Shown one piece after another: positions 45,170 to 55,113 of a stretch of DNA of 64,000 bases. Origin of the DNA: an uncultured Legionellaceae bacterium (GTDB taxonomy: Bacteria; Pseudomonadota; Gammaproteobacteria; Legionellales; Legionellaceae); the NCBI GenBank assembly GCA_964572685.1, contig CAZNFJ010000001.1, positions 7,838-71,837 of the forward strand. The letters run 5' to 3'. The notes beneath the pieces are model-generated. The model was not told the origin of the DNA. It did not search any database and worked only from the letters and a program-made list of their open reading frames with translations. Every line of letters begins with the position of its first letter. The first letter of the stretch is position 1. A program made the position numbers and the translations under genes.

Positions 45170-46024
45170 ATGACATCTGTATTTATGCCTACAATTTCTT
45201 CTGGTGGTTTAGATGGTTATATTCATTATGTAAATCAAATACCTTTACTCTCTGCAGATGAAGAAGCCGAGCTTGCCCGAGATTTTCATGAACATCAAAA
45301 TTTAGAAGCAGCGCGAACCTTGGTTTTAGCGCATTTACGTTATGTTGTTCGAGTCGCTCGTGGCTATTTAGGTTACGGCTTGCCTTTGCACGACTTAATC
45401 CAAGAAGGTAATATTGGTCTGATGAAGGCCGTGAAACGATTTGATCCTAGTTTGGGTGTTCGTCTGGTTTCTTTTGCGGTGCATTGGATTAAATCTGAAA
45501 TCCATGAGTATGTTATTCAGAATTGGCGGATTGTAAAGATCGCAACGACCAAAGCCCAGCGTAAGTTATTTTTTAATCTTCGACAAATGAAAAAACGTTT
45601 GGGTTGGATGCAAGCCGATGAAATTGATGCAATTGCCAATGATTTAGGGGTGACTCGCGAAGATGTGATGCAAATGGAGCAACGCCTTAATGCCGTTGAT
45701 GCTTCTATACATGCAGATGATCATGATGATGAGTATGAGCCTTATCATTCTGTTGCTCGCCATTTACAGGCTCCTGACAGTGATCCGTGTTTAATTGTTC
45801 AACATGAGCGTGAATCTGAAGATCAGCACACACAATTGCATATGGCGATGAGTGCGCTGGATGAACGTAGCCAGGATATTCTAAAAAATCGCTGGTTAAA
45901 TGAAGATAGTGCCATGACTTTACAAGATCTTGCTGATAAATATGGCGTTAGTGCCGAACGTATTCGTCAACTGGAAAAAAATGCCATGGCAAAGATTAAG
46001 AAAATGATGGCTTCAATTCACTAA
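45170..46024 (+). CDS. rpoH: RNA polymerase sigma-32 (heat-shock sigma factor)
   Basis: Region 2 ([19 protein letters not shown]), RpoH box ([12 protein letters not shown]), region 4 ([14 protein letters not shown]). ftsYEX-rpoH synteny. Confidence 0.95.
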   Translation: MTSVFMPTISSGGLDGYIHYVNQIPLLSADEEAELARDFHEHQNLEAARTLVLAHLRYVVRVARGYLGYGLPLHDLIQEGNIGLMKAVKRFDPSLGVRLVSFAVHWIKSEIHEYVIQNWRIVKIATTKAQRKLFFNLRQMKKRLGWMQADEIDAIANDLGVTREDVMQMEQRLNAVDASIHADDHDDEYEPYHSVARHLQAPDSDPCLIVQHERESEDQHTQLHMAMSALDERSQDILKNRWLNEDSAMTLQDLADKYGVSAERIRQLEKNAMAKIKKMMASIH

Positions 46025-46995
46025 ATTATTTTTTTTAATAGTTCCGTTTTTAAATCCTTATCGATGAAAGCCACTTCAATCGCTTGGCGACTGATGGCTT
46101 TCATGGTTTCATCGCTATACTGAAAAGTCTTTTGAACCAAGTCATATTCTTTATCAATGGTGGTAGACATAAAGGGAGGATCATCGGAATTGATGCTCAC
46201 CATGATGCCCTGGGCCATGAATAGGGGGAAGGGATGGTCTTCTATACGAGGATAAATGCCTAAAACTACATTACTGGTGGGACAAATTTCTAATGGAATT
46301 TGTAAATCTTTGAGCATCGAAAGAATGTTTTCATCTTCAATGGCGCGAACGCCATGTCCAATTCTATCGACTTGACAGATATTAATTGCGGTTTTCATGC
46401 TTTGAGCGTTACCCCATTCACCAGCATGGACCGTGGTTTTTAATCCTGCATCTCTTGCCATATCATAGGTTTTTTTAAATAGTTGTGGCGGGAATCCCAG
46501 CTCATCACCTCCTAAGCCAAAACCGGAGACGAAAGAAAAAGGCTCGAGCTTTGCATGAAGTGCGACTTTCTCGCATGCTTCAACACCAAAATGACGAACG
46601 GCGGTGGTGATGATGCGACCGATAATACCATAATCATTTTGAGCTTTAAGAATTGCCTCACCAATCGCGATTAAATGCTCACGAGATGGAATTTGGCTGA
46701 CTTTTTCTGCATGATCAGGGGAGTACATCATTTCGCAGTAAATGACGCCTTTCAACGCACTTTGCTTCAGGTAATCGTAGGTGATATCAAAATAATCTTG
46801 TGGTTGACGTATTAAAGCAGCTAATTCATCATAAGCTTTCAAAAAATCCATGAATCCATTGGAGCGATAAAAAAATTGGGAGTGGTCTAGTAAATGGTTT
46901 GGGAAATTTAAATGATTGCGAAGGGCTAAATTTTTTGCAATCTCGGGACGAATGGTGCCTTCTAAATGAACATGTAATTCCGCTTTAGGTATCAT
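46021..46995 (-). CDS. add: Adenosine/adenine deaminase family protein
   Basis: Metal-binding motifs [22 protein letters not shown]. Confidence 0.85.
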   Translation of the reverse strand: MIPKAELHVHLEGTIRPEIAKNLALRNHLNFPNHLLDHSQFFYRSNGFMDFLKAYDELAALIRQPQDYFDITYDYLKQSALKGVIYCEMMYSPDHAEKVSQIPSREHLIAIGEAILKAQNDYGIIGRIITTAVRHFGVEACEKVALHAKLEPFSFVSGFGLGGDELGFPPQLFKKTYDMARDAGLKTTVHAGEWGNAQSMKTAINICQVDRIGHGVRAIEDENILSMLKDLQIPLEICPTSNVVLGIYPRIEDHPFPLFMAQGIMVSINSDDPPFMSTTIDKEYDLVQKTFQYSDETMKAISRQAIEVAFIDKDLKTELLKKII

Positions 46996-47092
46996 GAATT
47001 CTCTTAATGAAAAGTATTATTCTTCATAGTAGCAAACATTTTGAAAACTAGAAAATCAAAGCGAAATGGGTTATGATGGCAATATTCTAATC

Positions 47093-47296
47093 ATGGCGAG
47101 ATTTTTGATGAATTTGACGTTGGATATTGATAAATTTTATGTCAGTCCTTTTGACAAAATGATGCGAGAATTTGATTCAACACATACAAGTTCTGCCTCT
47201 CAAATCAAAGAAATAGAAAAACATGCGAACATTGCAAAATTGCGTGATGAAGCGATTGTTGAAGATGAAAAAGAAAAAATATGGTCAGGATTCTAA
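47093..47296 (+). CDS. Small hypothetical protein
   Basis: About 67-76 aa ORF ending 1 nt before the thioesterase start. No motif recognised. The start is uncertain (47066/47093/47108). Confidence 0.4.
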   Translation: MARFLMNLTLDIDKFYVSPFDKMMREFDSTHTSSASQIKEIEKHANIAKLRDEAIVEDEKEKIWSGF

Positions 47297-47297
47297 A

Positions 47298-47720
47298 ATG
47301 AGCATTTGGTTTAAACCGATTAGTTTAGATGATTTACGTATTCGAAACGAAAATACTTGCGCCAGTTATTTTGGTATCGAAATCACAGAGATCACTGATG
47401 AGTCCATGACAGCCATCATGCCGGTGACTCAAAAAGTTAAACAACCTATTGGGATTGTTCATGGCGGCATGAATGTTGTGTTGGCTGAAACATTAGCAAG
47501 CAATGCGGCAAATTGTGTCGTTGATATTGAAAAATATTTTTGTGTGGGTCTCGAGATTAATATCAATCATATTCGTTCCGTTCAAGAAGGTATTATTACC
47601 GCCGTCACTCGACCTTTCCATTTGGGCAAATCGACACAAGTTTGGCACATTGAGTTGATGAATGACGCAGGGCAAATCACAGCCGTTTCTCGAATGACTG
47701 CTTCTGTTCTAAAACGTTAA
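47298..47720 (+). CDS. PaaI/YbdB-type hotdog-fold thioesterase
   Basis: 140 aa. The GIVHGGMNVVLAETLAS motif is typical of the PaaI/EntH/DHNA-CoA thioesterase family. Confidence 0.8.
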   Translation: MSIWFKPISLDDLRIRNENTCASYFGIEITEITDESMTAIMPVTQKVKQPIGIVHGGMNVVLAETLASNAANCVVDIEKYFCVGLEININHIRSVQEGIITAVTRPFHLGKSTQVWHIELMNDAGQITAVSRMTASVLKR

Positions 47721-47730
47721 AAATGAGTTA

Positions 47731-48732
47731 TCAAAGATTTTCCAGTAATATCTCTTTTAATGTATCAATCCATATCGTTTGACTATTCAGACATGGAATA
47801 TACTCAAAACTTTCTCCTCCTAGATCCATCCATTGTTCTTTTGCGCTGATGGCAATTTCTTCCAACGTTTCTAAACAATCTGAAACAAAAGATGGGCAAG
47901 CGACTTGAATATTTTTAATACCTTGTTGAGCAAGCTGCTTGAGGGTTTCATCTGTATAGGGTTTGATCCAAGGTGTTTTGCCTAGACGTGACTGAAAAGT
48001 CACCGTATAGTCTTTTGCAGCGATACCCAATGCTTTAGTGAGTTGATCTGAATTTATAAAACATTGTTGACGATAACAAGCTTGTACACGGATATTTTCA
48101 ACATCACAATTGCCTTGGCACAAGGGCTTGCAACCTAAAGACTCTAATTGTCGTTCAGGCAAACCATGAAAGCTTAAAATCAAATGATGATTGGGTTTAA
48201 TAAGCGCTTGCATGCTCTTTGACAGTGCTTCGATAAAACGGGGATGCTGATAAAAATCACGAATGATATTGATACTTGGGATGACTTGTTTGGTGCTCAA
48301 TATCTCGAATACTTTTTCAATACTCGAGCCTGTGGTTGCTGAGGCATATTGAGGGTACAATGGTAAAATAATAAGTTTTTCACAATTTTTGAGGGTGTCT
48401 AGGGCTTGTGCAATTGAAGGATGACCGTAACGCATACCAAAAGTCACTTGATAATGGGGTAACGCTGCTTGAAGATTTTTGGCAAGAAGGTTCGTATTGG
48501 TTAACAAAGGCGAACCTTCTCTGCGCCAGATGGCTTGATAGTTATGACTCGAGGATGTGCTTCGAAAAGGAGCAATGATGCCATGCACGAGAATATAGCG
48601 AATCCAAAAAGGCAGGGTTATTACTCGTTTATCCATCAAAAATTCGTTTAAGTATTTTTTTACACTTTTGGGCGTAGGCGCATCTGGTGTACCTAAATTA
48701 ATTAATAAAATACCTGTTTTTGTCATGAACAT
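47731..48732 (-). CDS. hemH: Ferrochelatase
   Basis: TKTGILLINLGTPDAPT N-terminus, LPLYPQYASATTGS, SFHGLP, CPSFVSDCLETLEEI. Confidence 0.9.
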   Translation of the reverse strand: MFMTKTGILLINLGTPDAPTPKSVKKYLNEFLMDKRVITLPFWIRYILVHGIIAPFRSTSSSHNYQAIWRREGSPLLTNTNLLAKNLQAALPHYQVTFGMRYGHPSIAQALDTLKNCEKLIILPLYPQYASATTGSSIEKVFEILSTKQVIPSINIIRDFYQHPRFIEALSKSMQALIKPNHHLILSFHGLPERQLESLGCKPLCQGNCDVENIRVQACYRQQCFINSDQLTKALGIAAKDYTVTFQSRLGKTPWIKPYTDETLKQLAQQGIKNIQVACPSFVSDCLETLEEIAISAKEQWMDLGGESFEYIPCLNSQTIWIDTLKEILLENL

Positions 48733-48792
48733 AGCAATCCGGGATGAATATTGTCTGATGTTTTATCATTCTTCAGAATAAGGGTCAAGCTC

Positions 48793-50163
48793 TTATAATG
48801 GAAGTCCTCGTAGTCGATTAACAAAGTATTGTATTGTTGAAAATAATGCACAGAAAGAACGTATTGGCCGGTAAAAAAAGACATCTATTAAGTTGAGCCA
48901 TAGCACTTTCAACAGATCAGTTTTATGGTGATATTGATTTAGCGTTAAATAATGGATAAGTAATGAGGAGATACTGACGATGAAAATATAGCTCCAAGCG
49001 ATTAGTAATAACCATAATAATTCTTGTCTATCAATGAGGTTTAAACTCCACCCAATAATAGCCGTGAGATAAGCCACTCCTTCTACAACAGGTCCAAAGA
49101 TTTCAAAGAGAGTATAGAAAGGCATGCCCAAGAGGCCAACACGCCCATAACGAGGATTGAAAAGCATATGCACATGTCTTCCTAGAGAGCGAAGAAGACC
49201 TCTTTGCCAACGTTGTCGTTGTGCCCATAACTCTTTGATGGTGGTTGGTTGAGCAGACCAGGCTATGGCGGATGCTGCATACCTGATTCGGTAGGGAATG
49301 TTCTGAGAGAGACTTTTATCATGAATGCGCATAATAATTTCTGCATCATAGGAATAATTGTCGGTATCAAAACCACCCAATTCAACTAATCGACTGGTTT
49401 CAAATAAAGTGAGAGCTCCTGAGTGACATAAAGAGCCACCAAGAGGGCTCCAAAACTCATGTCCATAAACAAATGAACGTAAATATTCTGTGACCTGTAT
49501 CCCAAGAGTTGGATGATTAGGGATTTTTTTGAAACGAGCTTTCTTGATTTTGGGTTGATCCGGAATAAATATATTGCCTCCTATGGCCACACAATCGGGA
49601 GTGGTTAAATAGATATAAATAAGTCTGCTGAGTGTATCGGGTGTGATGATGGTATCGGCATCAATGGTCACACATAATGGCGTTCGGCATAAATTGAGTG
49701 CAGAATTAAGACAATCTGCAGCAGAGAAGATTTTTTGATCATGTGCTTTGTTGATGACAATAAAATGCGGATGAATGGTGGATTGATAAATCCTATTGAC
49801 ATGGGATGTGGGTATTGCATAACGATAGGATTGAGAGGTTATTTTTAGTTGATAACGTTTTATTAGATGTTTCAGTGTTTGGTCAGTTGAACCATCATTA
49901 ATTACAATTAAAAAAGTATTGGAATAATTGTTTTTTAGAATGGAGTCAATCGCCAACCCAATGTGTTTCTCATAATTGAGTACCGGCATCATGACGGTGA
50001 TACCTAAACCTTCTGGATAAACCAAATCTTTGATCAAATCACTGAAATACGTTTCTTGAAATTTCCGAATAATTCTTGGAATGCTGATAAGAAATAAGGT
50101 AGTGTAACAAATCCATAAAAGGGTAAAATAACATAAAATGAAGCGACTAAGCCAATAAATCAT
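48793..50163 (-). CDS. Membrane-embedded processive family-2 glycosyltransferase (PgaC/NodC/BcsA-like synthase)
   Basis: N-terminal and C-terminal TM helices flank a GT2 domain with INDGSTD, IDADT and the processive-synthase Q-x-x-R-W motif (QRQRWQRG). Confidence 0.85.
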   Translation of the reverse strand: MIYWLSRFILCYFTLLWICYTTLFLISIPRIIRKFQETYFSDLIKDLVYPEGLGITVMMPVLNYEKHIGLAIDSILKNNYSNTFLIVINDGSTDQTLKHLIKRYQLKITSQSYRYAIPTSHVNRIYQSTIHPHFIVINKAHDQKIFSAADCLNSALNLCRTPLCVTIDADTIITPDTLSRLIYIYLTTPDCVAIGGNIFIPDQPKIKKARFKKIPNHPTLGIQVTEYLRSFVYGHEFWSPLGGSLCHSGALTLFETSRLVELGGFDTDNYSYDAEIIMRIHDKSLSQNIPYRIRYAASAIAWSAQPTTIKELWAQRQRWQRGLLRSLGRHVHMLFNPRYGRVGLLGMPFYTLFEIFGPVVEGVAYLTAIIGWSLNLIDRQELLWLLLIAWSYIFIVSISSLLIHYLTLNQYHHKTDLLKVLWLNLIDVFFYRPIRSFCALFSTIQYFVNRLRGLPL

Positions 50164-51206
50164 GGTTGTGTATCCTTGGTAATACTCATATGTTCCAAAC
50201 GAAGTGATGAAATATCTTGCGCGAATTGATCAAGTCCAACTTTTGCTTTTTCCAAGGCTTGTTGTCCTTTTATTCCAAGAATACTTAAACCTTTGGCGGC
50301 TCGAAATCGAACCCACCAGACTTTATCATTTAAAAACATGGATATTGTGTCTACATATTGCTCATCTTGGGTCCTCGCCAGATATTTCAAAGCACGAGCA
50401 CGAATTTGCCAGCGTTCATCACAAAGAGCTTCTTGCAGATGTTGCTGATAAAAAGGTTTTTTGCTGAAGTTCAAATAGGTTAGTGCAGCAAGAGCAAGAT
50501 CTAAAGATGGGTGATGTATGTCTTCTATTAAATAAGGCATTTTCATTTGAATCAGGGGAAGATCTATTAGTACTCGATAATAAAATGTTCTAATTATCGG
50601 AGAGCTTTCGGTTTTAAGTTTTTTGATGAGCATTTTAGGATATTTAAAATTAGCTTCTTTAAGCACAAAAACCATTAGTTCCAAAGGAGAACGACGCCAT
50701 TTAGAAAAAACCAAGGTTGCTTCATCAAATAGTCTCTCATTGGGTTTAATAGCCAGAGCTTTTAAAGCATTGATGGAAATAAGTATGACAGGATCATGTA
50801 ATAAGGAAATGATAATATCGTCGGTCGGATAATCAACTCCATAGCGATGGACCAACTGAAGAAGAACAGCTGCCATGTATCTGTCATACCAAAGAGGAGC
50901 TTTGGCTCTATACTGGATTTGTTCGAGGAAAATCGATTTAATAATATCGATTTTTTCTGGCAACTCATTTTCGATTTCCAATAAGACAACAAAAGTCATG
51001 TGTAAATTTTTTTTTAATTCTATTAAAGTTGCAGAGGAAATATCTGGATAATTTATCAAGGCAGTTTTGAATAAGGCACGGCGTTTTTGTTTAATGGGTA
51101 TCAATTTTTCTAAATGCAGTTTGACAAAAAAACTGGTTATGACTAAAAATATCAGGATAAAAACTTGAATACAAGCCAAAATGATAATGATATCTAAAAG
51201 CGCCAT
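50160..51206 (-). CDS. N-terminally membrane-anchored HEAT-repeat protein
   Basis: One N-terminal TM (MALLDIIIILACIQVFILIFLVITSFFV), then helical repeats. HEAT-like units include DERWQIRARALKYLA and DKVWWVRFRAAKGLS. 4-nt overlap with the GT2 gene. Confidence 0.7.
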   Translation of the reverse strand: MALLDIIIILACIQVFILIFLVITSFFVKLHLEKLIPIKQKRRALFKTALINYPDISSATLIELKKNLHMTFVVLLEIENELPEKIDIIKSIFLEQIQYRAKAPLWYDRYMAAVLLQLVHRYGVDYPTDDIIISLLHDPVILISINALKALAIKPNERLFDEATLVFSKWRRSPLELMVFVLKEANFKYPKMLIKKLKTESSPIIRTFYYRVLIDLPLIQMKMPYLIEDIHHPSLDLALAALTYLNFSKKPFYQQHLQEALCDERWQIRARALKYLARTQDEQYVDTISMFLNDKVWWVRFRAAKGLSILGIKGQQALEKAKVGLDQFAQDISSLRLEHMSITKDTQP

Positions 51207-52651
51207 GTTGCCCCCATTGTCCCACCAACCCATTCACGTTGTCTTTGATTAGGAAATACTTGGTTTTGGTATAAGAAGCTGAAGTTAAAAATGAATTGAT
51301 CGTGGAAAGCGGCAAAGTTGATATAAGGACTTAACATGATTTTATTTTTTAGAACCAAAAAGTTAATGGTTTCTAAATTTGCCAAGTCTGGCGTTGTGCC
51401 TGAACCGATAATCATTCCTGCATACAAATAGGGTTCAATGAACATATGCCTCAAGTTTAGGGTGTAGAATATCGAATTTTGTCCACTACCAGGGAAATAC
51501 ATATAAGATCGAAAAGTCGTATTTAGACCTTGAATTAATTCTTTTGTCACCGATGCCGTCATGCGATTAAATTGCAGATTAGAGGTGATGCGATTAAATT
51601 GTTCACCAACCGAAAAATCAAAAAGTTTGGGCAATACTACATAGGCTTCTCCGCCATAGTTATATTTAGGGAATAAGATGGGTTGATTGGCTACACTTGC
51701 ATCTAAATCTAGATAGACATATTTACCCAATTTGGGGAAGAATTCAACTTCATATTGAAGCGCTTCTTTTTTCAAGCGATTAGCGTAGTTAACTTTGCCA
51801 TAGACTTTGCCTAATTCAGTTTGTCGTCCATAGAAAACTGTGGTGTAGTCCCAGAGTTGTTTTCTATCGGAGATATAATAAAGTTGATCAAAAACCCCCA
51901 GTTCATTTAAATAAATAGCTGTTTGAGGTATTGAGGCTTTTTCAATGGCCTTGACTTTTTCTTTGGATTTTTGATTCATCAAGTATTTTAAGTCAGCTTG
52001 TTTTTTTAATAGAACTAAATGTTTGGGTGCATAAATAAGACCTTTCTGGGTAAGGGCAAGCCCTTTTGAGTAAGCTTTCATCTGAATATGTGCTTGAATA
52101 CAAACAAGATATAAATCAATGTATTTGGGATATTGTTGAATATAGGGGGTGAGTAATGGACATACTTTTGCATAGTGGTTATTTTTAAGCTCTGCTTGTG
52201 CTGATTTCAAAGCGGCATCCACATCTAAAGGAGTTGTAATTGTTTTTTTCGAAGTTTGTAGAACTTGTGCCAGTCGCCATTTGATGGGATAGAACTCGGT
52301 ATTAAAGGGATAAAATAATAAGGCAATTTCTGTCCAGTTCAGCGCCTCTTTGAAGTGTTCTTGTTTTTCAAAGTAAATAATTTTTAAAAGATAGGCATCA
52401 CTGTCTTGTGGGTAATTTTGTAAAATTTGATTGATCAATGCGTTCGCTTTTTGATATTGATTGTTTTCTAAATAAATCTTGGTAATGAGGACCTGGGTGT
52501 CAACATCTGGTTGTTGTAAGGTTTTTGCGTATGCAAAAGCTTCTTTTTTTAAATGAAGATGCTCAAATGTTTTGAGTTGTAAAAAATCATCAGCCCAGGC
52601 GGGTAAGCACAAAAATAATCCTAAAAAACTTAAATAATTAGTTTTTTTCAT
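51194..52651 (-). CDS. Outer-membrane protein: N-terminal TPR domain + C-terminal beta-barrel (PgaA/NfrA/YaiO-like exporter)
   Basis: Signal peptide (..LPAWADD), TPR-like helical half, then an alternating beta-strand half ending in the aromatic terminus ...GATWRF. Confidence 0.7.
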   Translation of the reverse strand: MKKTNYLSFLGLFLCLPAWADDFLQLKTFEHLHLKKEAFAYAKTLQQPDVDTQVLITKIYLENNQYQKANALINQILQNYPQDSDAYLLKIIYFEKQEHFKEALNWTEIALLFYPFNTEFYPIKWRLAQVLQTSKKTITTPLDVDAALKSAQAELKNNHYAKVCPLLTPYIQQYPKYIDLYLVCIQAHIQMKAYSKGLALTQKGLIYAPKHLVLLKKQADLKYLMNQKSKEKVKAIEKASIPQTAIYLNELGVFDQLYYISDRKQLWDYTTVFYGRQTELGKVYGKVNYANRLKKEALQYEVEFFPKLGKYVYLDLDASVANQPILFPKYNYGGEAYVVLPKLFDFSVGEQFNRITSNLQFNRMTASVTKELIQGLNTTFRSYMYFPGSGQNSIFYTLNLRHMFIEPYLYAGMIIGSGTTPDLANLETINFLVLKNKIMLSPYINFAAFHDQFIFNFSFLYQNQVFPNQRQREWVGGTMGATWRF

Positions 52652-53600
52652 GAATCAGTTCTTCTAGGGTTTCTATAAGAGAATATTGATGGCGATAGTT
52701 CACAAGGCTCAATAAACGCTTTAAATCTGGGCATCGATACTGAGAAAATTCCTGGTTGAGATGATACGCTTGCTCGTAAGTTTCAAATTCAATGGTCGAA
52801 GAACTCTGCGCTATCTGGATAATGAGTGACGCCAAATCAATTATTTTAATCGTCTCGAGGCCACCAATATTAATGATTTCTCCAACACTTTTAGGACTAT
52901 TGATAAGAGCTGTGATAAATCCTAAAAAATCATTAACATGACAAAAAGTTCTCACCTGCTGCCCATTGCCAAAGACTTTTAAGGGCTGTCCTTTTTTTGC
53001 AGCTTCAATAAAACGAGGCACCACCATGCCATATTGACCACCTTGTCGTGGGCCAATCACATTGAAAGGTCTTAAGATGCTCATCTTCAAACCATATTTT
53101 TCATGATAGGTTAGTCCATAAGCCTCACAGACTAATTTAGAAATGGCATAATTATTTCGAGTCTTCAATTGTATGTTAATGATTGCGGACATATCCTCTA
53201 GAAGTTTATGGTGTTCATGCTCACCATAAACTTCTGAAGTTGATAATATAAATATTCGTGAATGTGGGGCGTATTCTAGAATTTTTTTTAAAAAATTTTG
53301 TGTGGAATTAATATTGATGTCTAGCACTTTTTCAGGATCATTGAGCACTTGAAAGACTCCAACAATCGCGGCGAAATGATAAATTAAATCGATTTTCGGT
53401 AATATCGTCTGGTAAAGAGAGGTATCTTCTAAATTACCGAAGAAAAAATGGAATTTTTTATTTTGGTTTAAGTTTTTGATGTAATCTGAGTTTTCAGCAG
53501 TACAATTATCAATTCCAAAAACTTCATCACCTTTATTTAAGTGAAAACTTGCCAGATGTGAACCTAAAAATCCGGCCACACCTGTGATAAATATTTGCAT
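52638..53600 (-). CDS. NAD-dependent nucleotide-sugar epimerase/dehydratase (extended SDR)
   Basis: Rossmann motif at the N-terminus (MQIFITGVAGFLGSHL), catalytic YAISK, RPFNVIGPRQ. Start moved to ATG 53600; the track TTG at 53660 would put the Rossmann motif 20 aa in. Confidence 0.8.
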   Translation of the reverse strand: MQIFITGVAGFLGSHLASFHLNKGDEVFGIDNCTAENSDYIKNLNQNKKFHFFFGNLEDTSLYQTILPKIDLIYHFAAIVGVFQVLNDPEKVLDININSTQNFLKKILEYAPHSRIFILSTSEVYGEHEHHKLLEDMSAIINIQLKTRNNYAISKLVCEAYGLTYHEKYGLKMSILRPFNVIGPRQGGQYGMVVPRFIEAAKKGQPLKVFGNGQQVRTFCHVNDFLGFITALINSPKSVGEIINIGGLETIKIIDLASLIIQIAQSSSTIEFETYEQAYHLNQEFSQYRCPDLKRLLSLVNYRHQYSLIETLEELIHEKN

Positions 53601-53704
53601 TCCTTGCAAATTCCTTTTCAAAATTTTACTTATTTTACAAGAAAAGGAAAAATTTTTCAATAAGTGACTATAATTAGTCTAAGGATAAAAAAAGAGTTTA
53701 CTCG

Positions 53705-54955
53705 ATGGAAAAAATTGCAATTATCGGAGTTGGTGTCGTCGGATTAGAATTGGCTGTGCGATTATCTCAATTTTATCAAATTTCGGCGTATAATATAAAT
53801 CAAAAAAGAGTTGAGGAATTAAAAAATGATTATGATAAAAATCATTTGATTAGTGAAGAAGAATTAAAAAGAGCATCTATTCATTATGTTGGCCATCTTC
53901 AGGAGCTTCAAGATTCTTCGATATTCATTATTGTAGTACCAACGGATATTCATCAAGATAAAACCTTGGATTTAGAACCCATCAAACAAGCAACTCAATC
54001 TATGGGAGAAATATTAAAACCGCAGGATATTGTTATTTTTGAATCCTCGGTATATCCGAAATTTACAGAAGAACTTTTGATCCCTATTCTTGAGGAAAAA
54101 AGTGGTTTAAAAGTGAATCAAGATTTTTTTGTGGCATATTGCCCTGAACGTTTTTCTCCACAAGATGCTGACTACGAGTTGCATAAAGTTTGTAAAGTGA
54201 TATCCGCATCGCATCCTAGTGCGGTGTTAAAAGTACAAAGTATTTATCAAAAAATTTGTGCTAGCACTTATATCGCGCCAAATATGGCCGTTGCTGAATG
54301 TTCAAAAATGCTAGAAAATATTCAGCGCAATGTTAATATTGCTTTGATGAATGAGTTTTCAATAATCATGCATGCATTAAATATTTCTTTACATGAGGTG
54401 ATTCAAGCGGCTTCTACGAAAAAAAACTTCCTGCCTTTTCAACCGGGGCTAGTGGGTGGATATTGTATTCCCGTCAATCCTTTTTATTTCATGTACCAAG
54501 CGAGAAAAAAAGGCATTGAACCCAGCTTGATACAAGCTGCTGAAACGGTTAATGAAAGCATGCCTTCATTTTTATTTTCAGAATTATTAAAATTATATTT
54601 TAAACATCAGAAACATCAAGCCAATCCTAATATTGCAGTATTTGGGTTGAGTTTTAAACCCAATATTCCAGATATTCGACATAGTTTGAGTTTAGATTTT
54701 ATCGAGTTAATGGAAAAAAACAATTTATCTTATCGTGTTCATGATCCTTTCATGCAAAAGGAGATGAATTGTCAACCCTTAGAGGATTTTAATGATATTG
54801 ATATTGCTGTATTCCTGGTTAAGCATCAGGTTTATGTGGATTTGGGTTTGGAGTGCTTTCTAACACACTGTCGGAAGAATCCTATTATCATGGATGTTGG
54901 GGGGTTATTTAAAGATATTAAAAAACTATCCGATCTAACTTATTGGCAATTATAG
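53705..54955 (+). CDS. Nucleotide-sugar 6-dehydrogenase (TviB/WbpA/CapL-like, UDP-N-acetylhexosamine dehydrogenase class)
   Basis: KIAIIGVGVVGLELA Rossmann motif, ESSVYP, catalytic-Cys block PGLVGGYCIPVNPFY, FKPNIPDIRHS. Collinear with TviB as I recall it. Confidence 0.85.
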   Translation: MEKIAIIGVGVVGLELAVRLSQFYQISAYNINQKRVEELKNDYDKNHLISEEELKRASIHYVGHLQELQDSSIFIIVVPTDIHQDKTLDLEPIKQATQSMGEILKPQDIVIFESSVYPKFTEELLIPILEEKSGLKVNQDFFVAYCPERFSPQDADYELHKVCKVISASHPSAVLKVQSIYQKICASTYIAPNMAVAECSKMLENIQRNVNIALMNEFSIIMHALNISLHEVIQAASTKKNFLPFQPGLVGGYCIPVNPFYFMYQARKKGIEPSLIQAAETVNESMPSFLFSELLKLYFKHQKHQANPNIAVFGLSFKPNIPDIRHSLSLDFIELMEKNNLSYRVHDPFMQKEMNCQPLEDFNDIDIAVFLVKHQVYVDLGLECFLTHCRKNPIIMDVGGLFKDIKKLSDLTYWQL

Positions 54956-55050
54956 AGAAAATCATGAAACAGATGTCATCTACCTCCTGCAATTGCTTTG
55001 AGTTTTGATGACGACTCACTCCCAACGGTACTGAATCAATAATTATCAAA

Positions 55051-55076
55051 TTAAAAAGCCCTTTATTAAAGGGCCT
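55051..55076 (-). terminator. Rho-independent terminator of ssb
   Basis: The minus-strand RNA would read GGCCCTTTAATAAAGGGCTTTTTAA: a GCCCTTT/AAAGGGC stem plus a T-run, 38 nt past the ssb stop. Confidence 0.55.
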
Positions 55077-55113
55077 TAAGAATAATACTGAACAATTTAC
55101 TCTAGGGTAGAAA

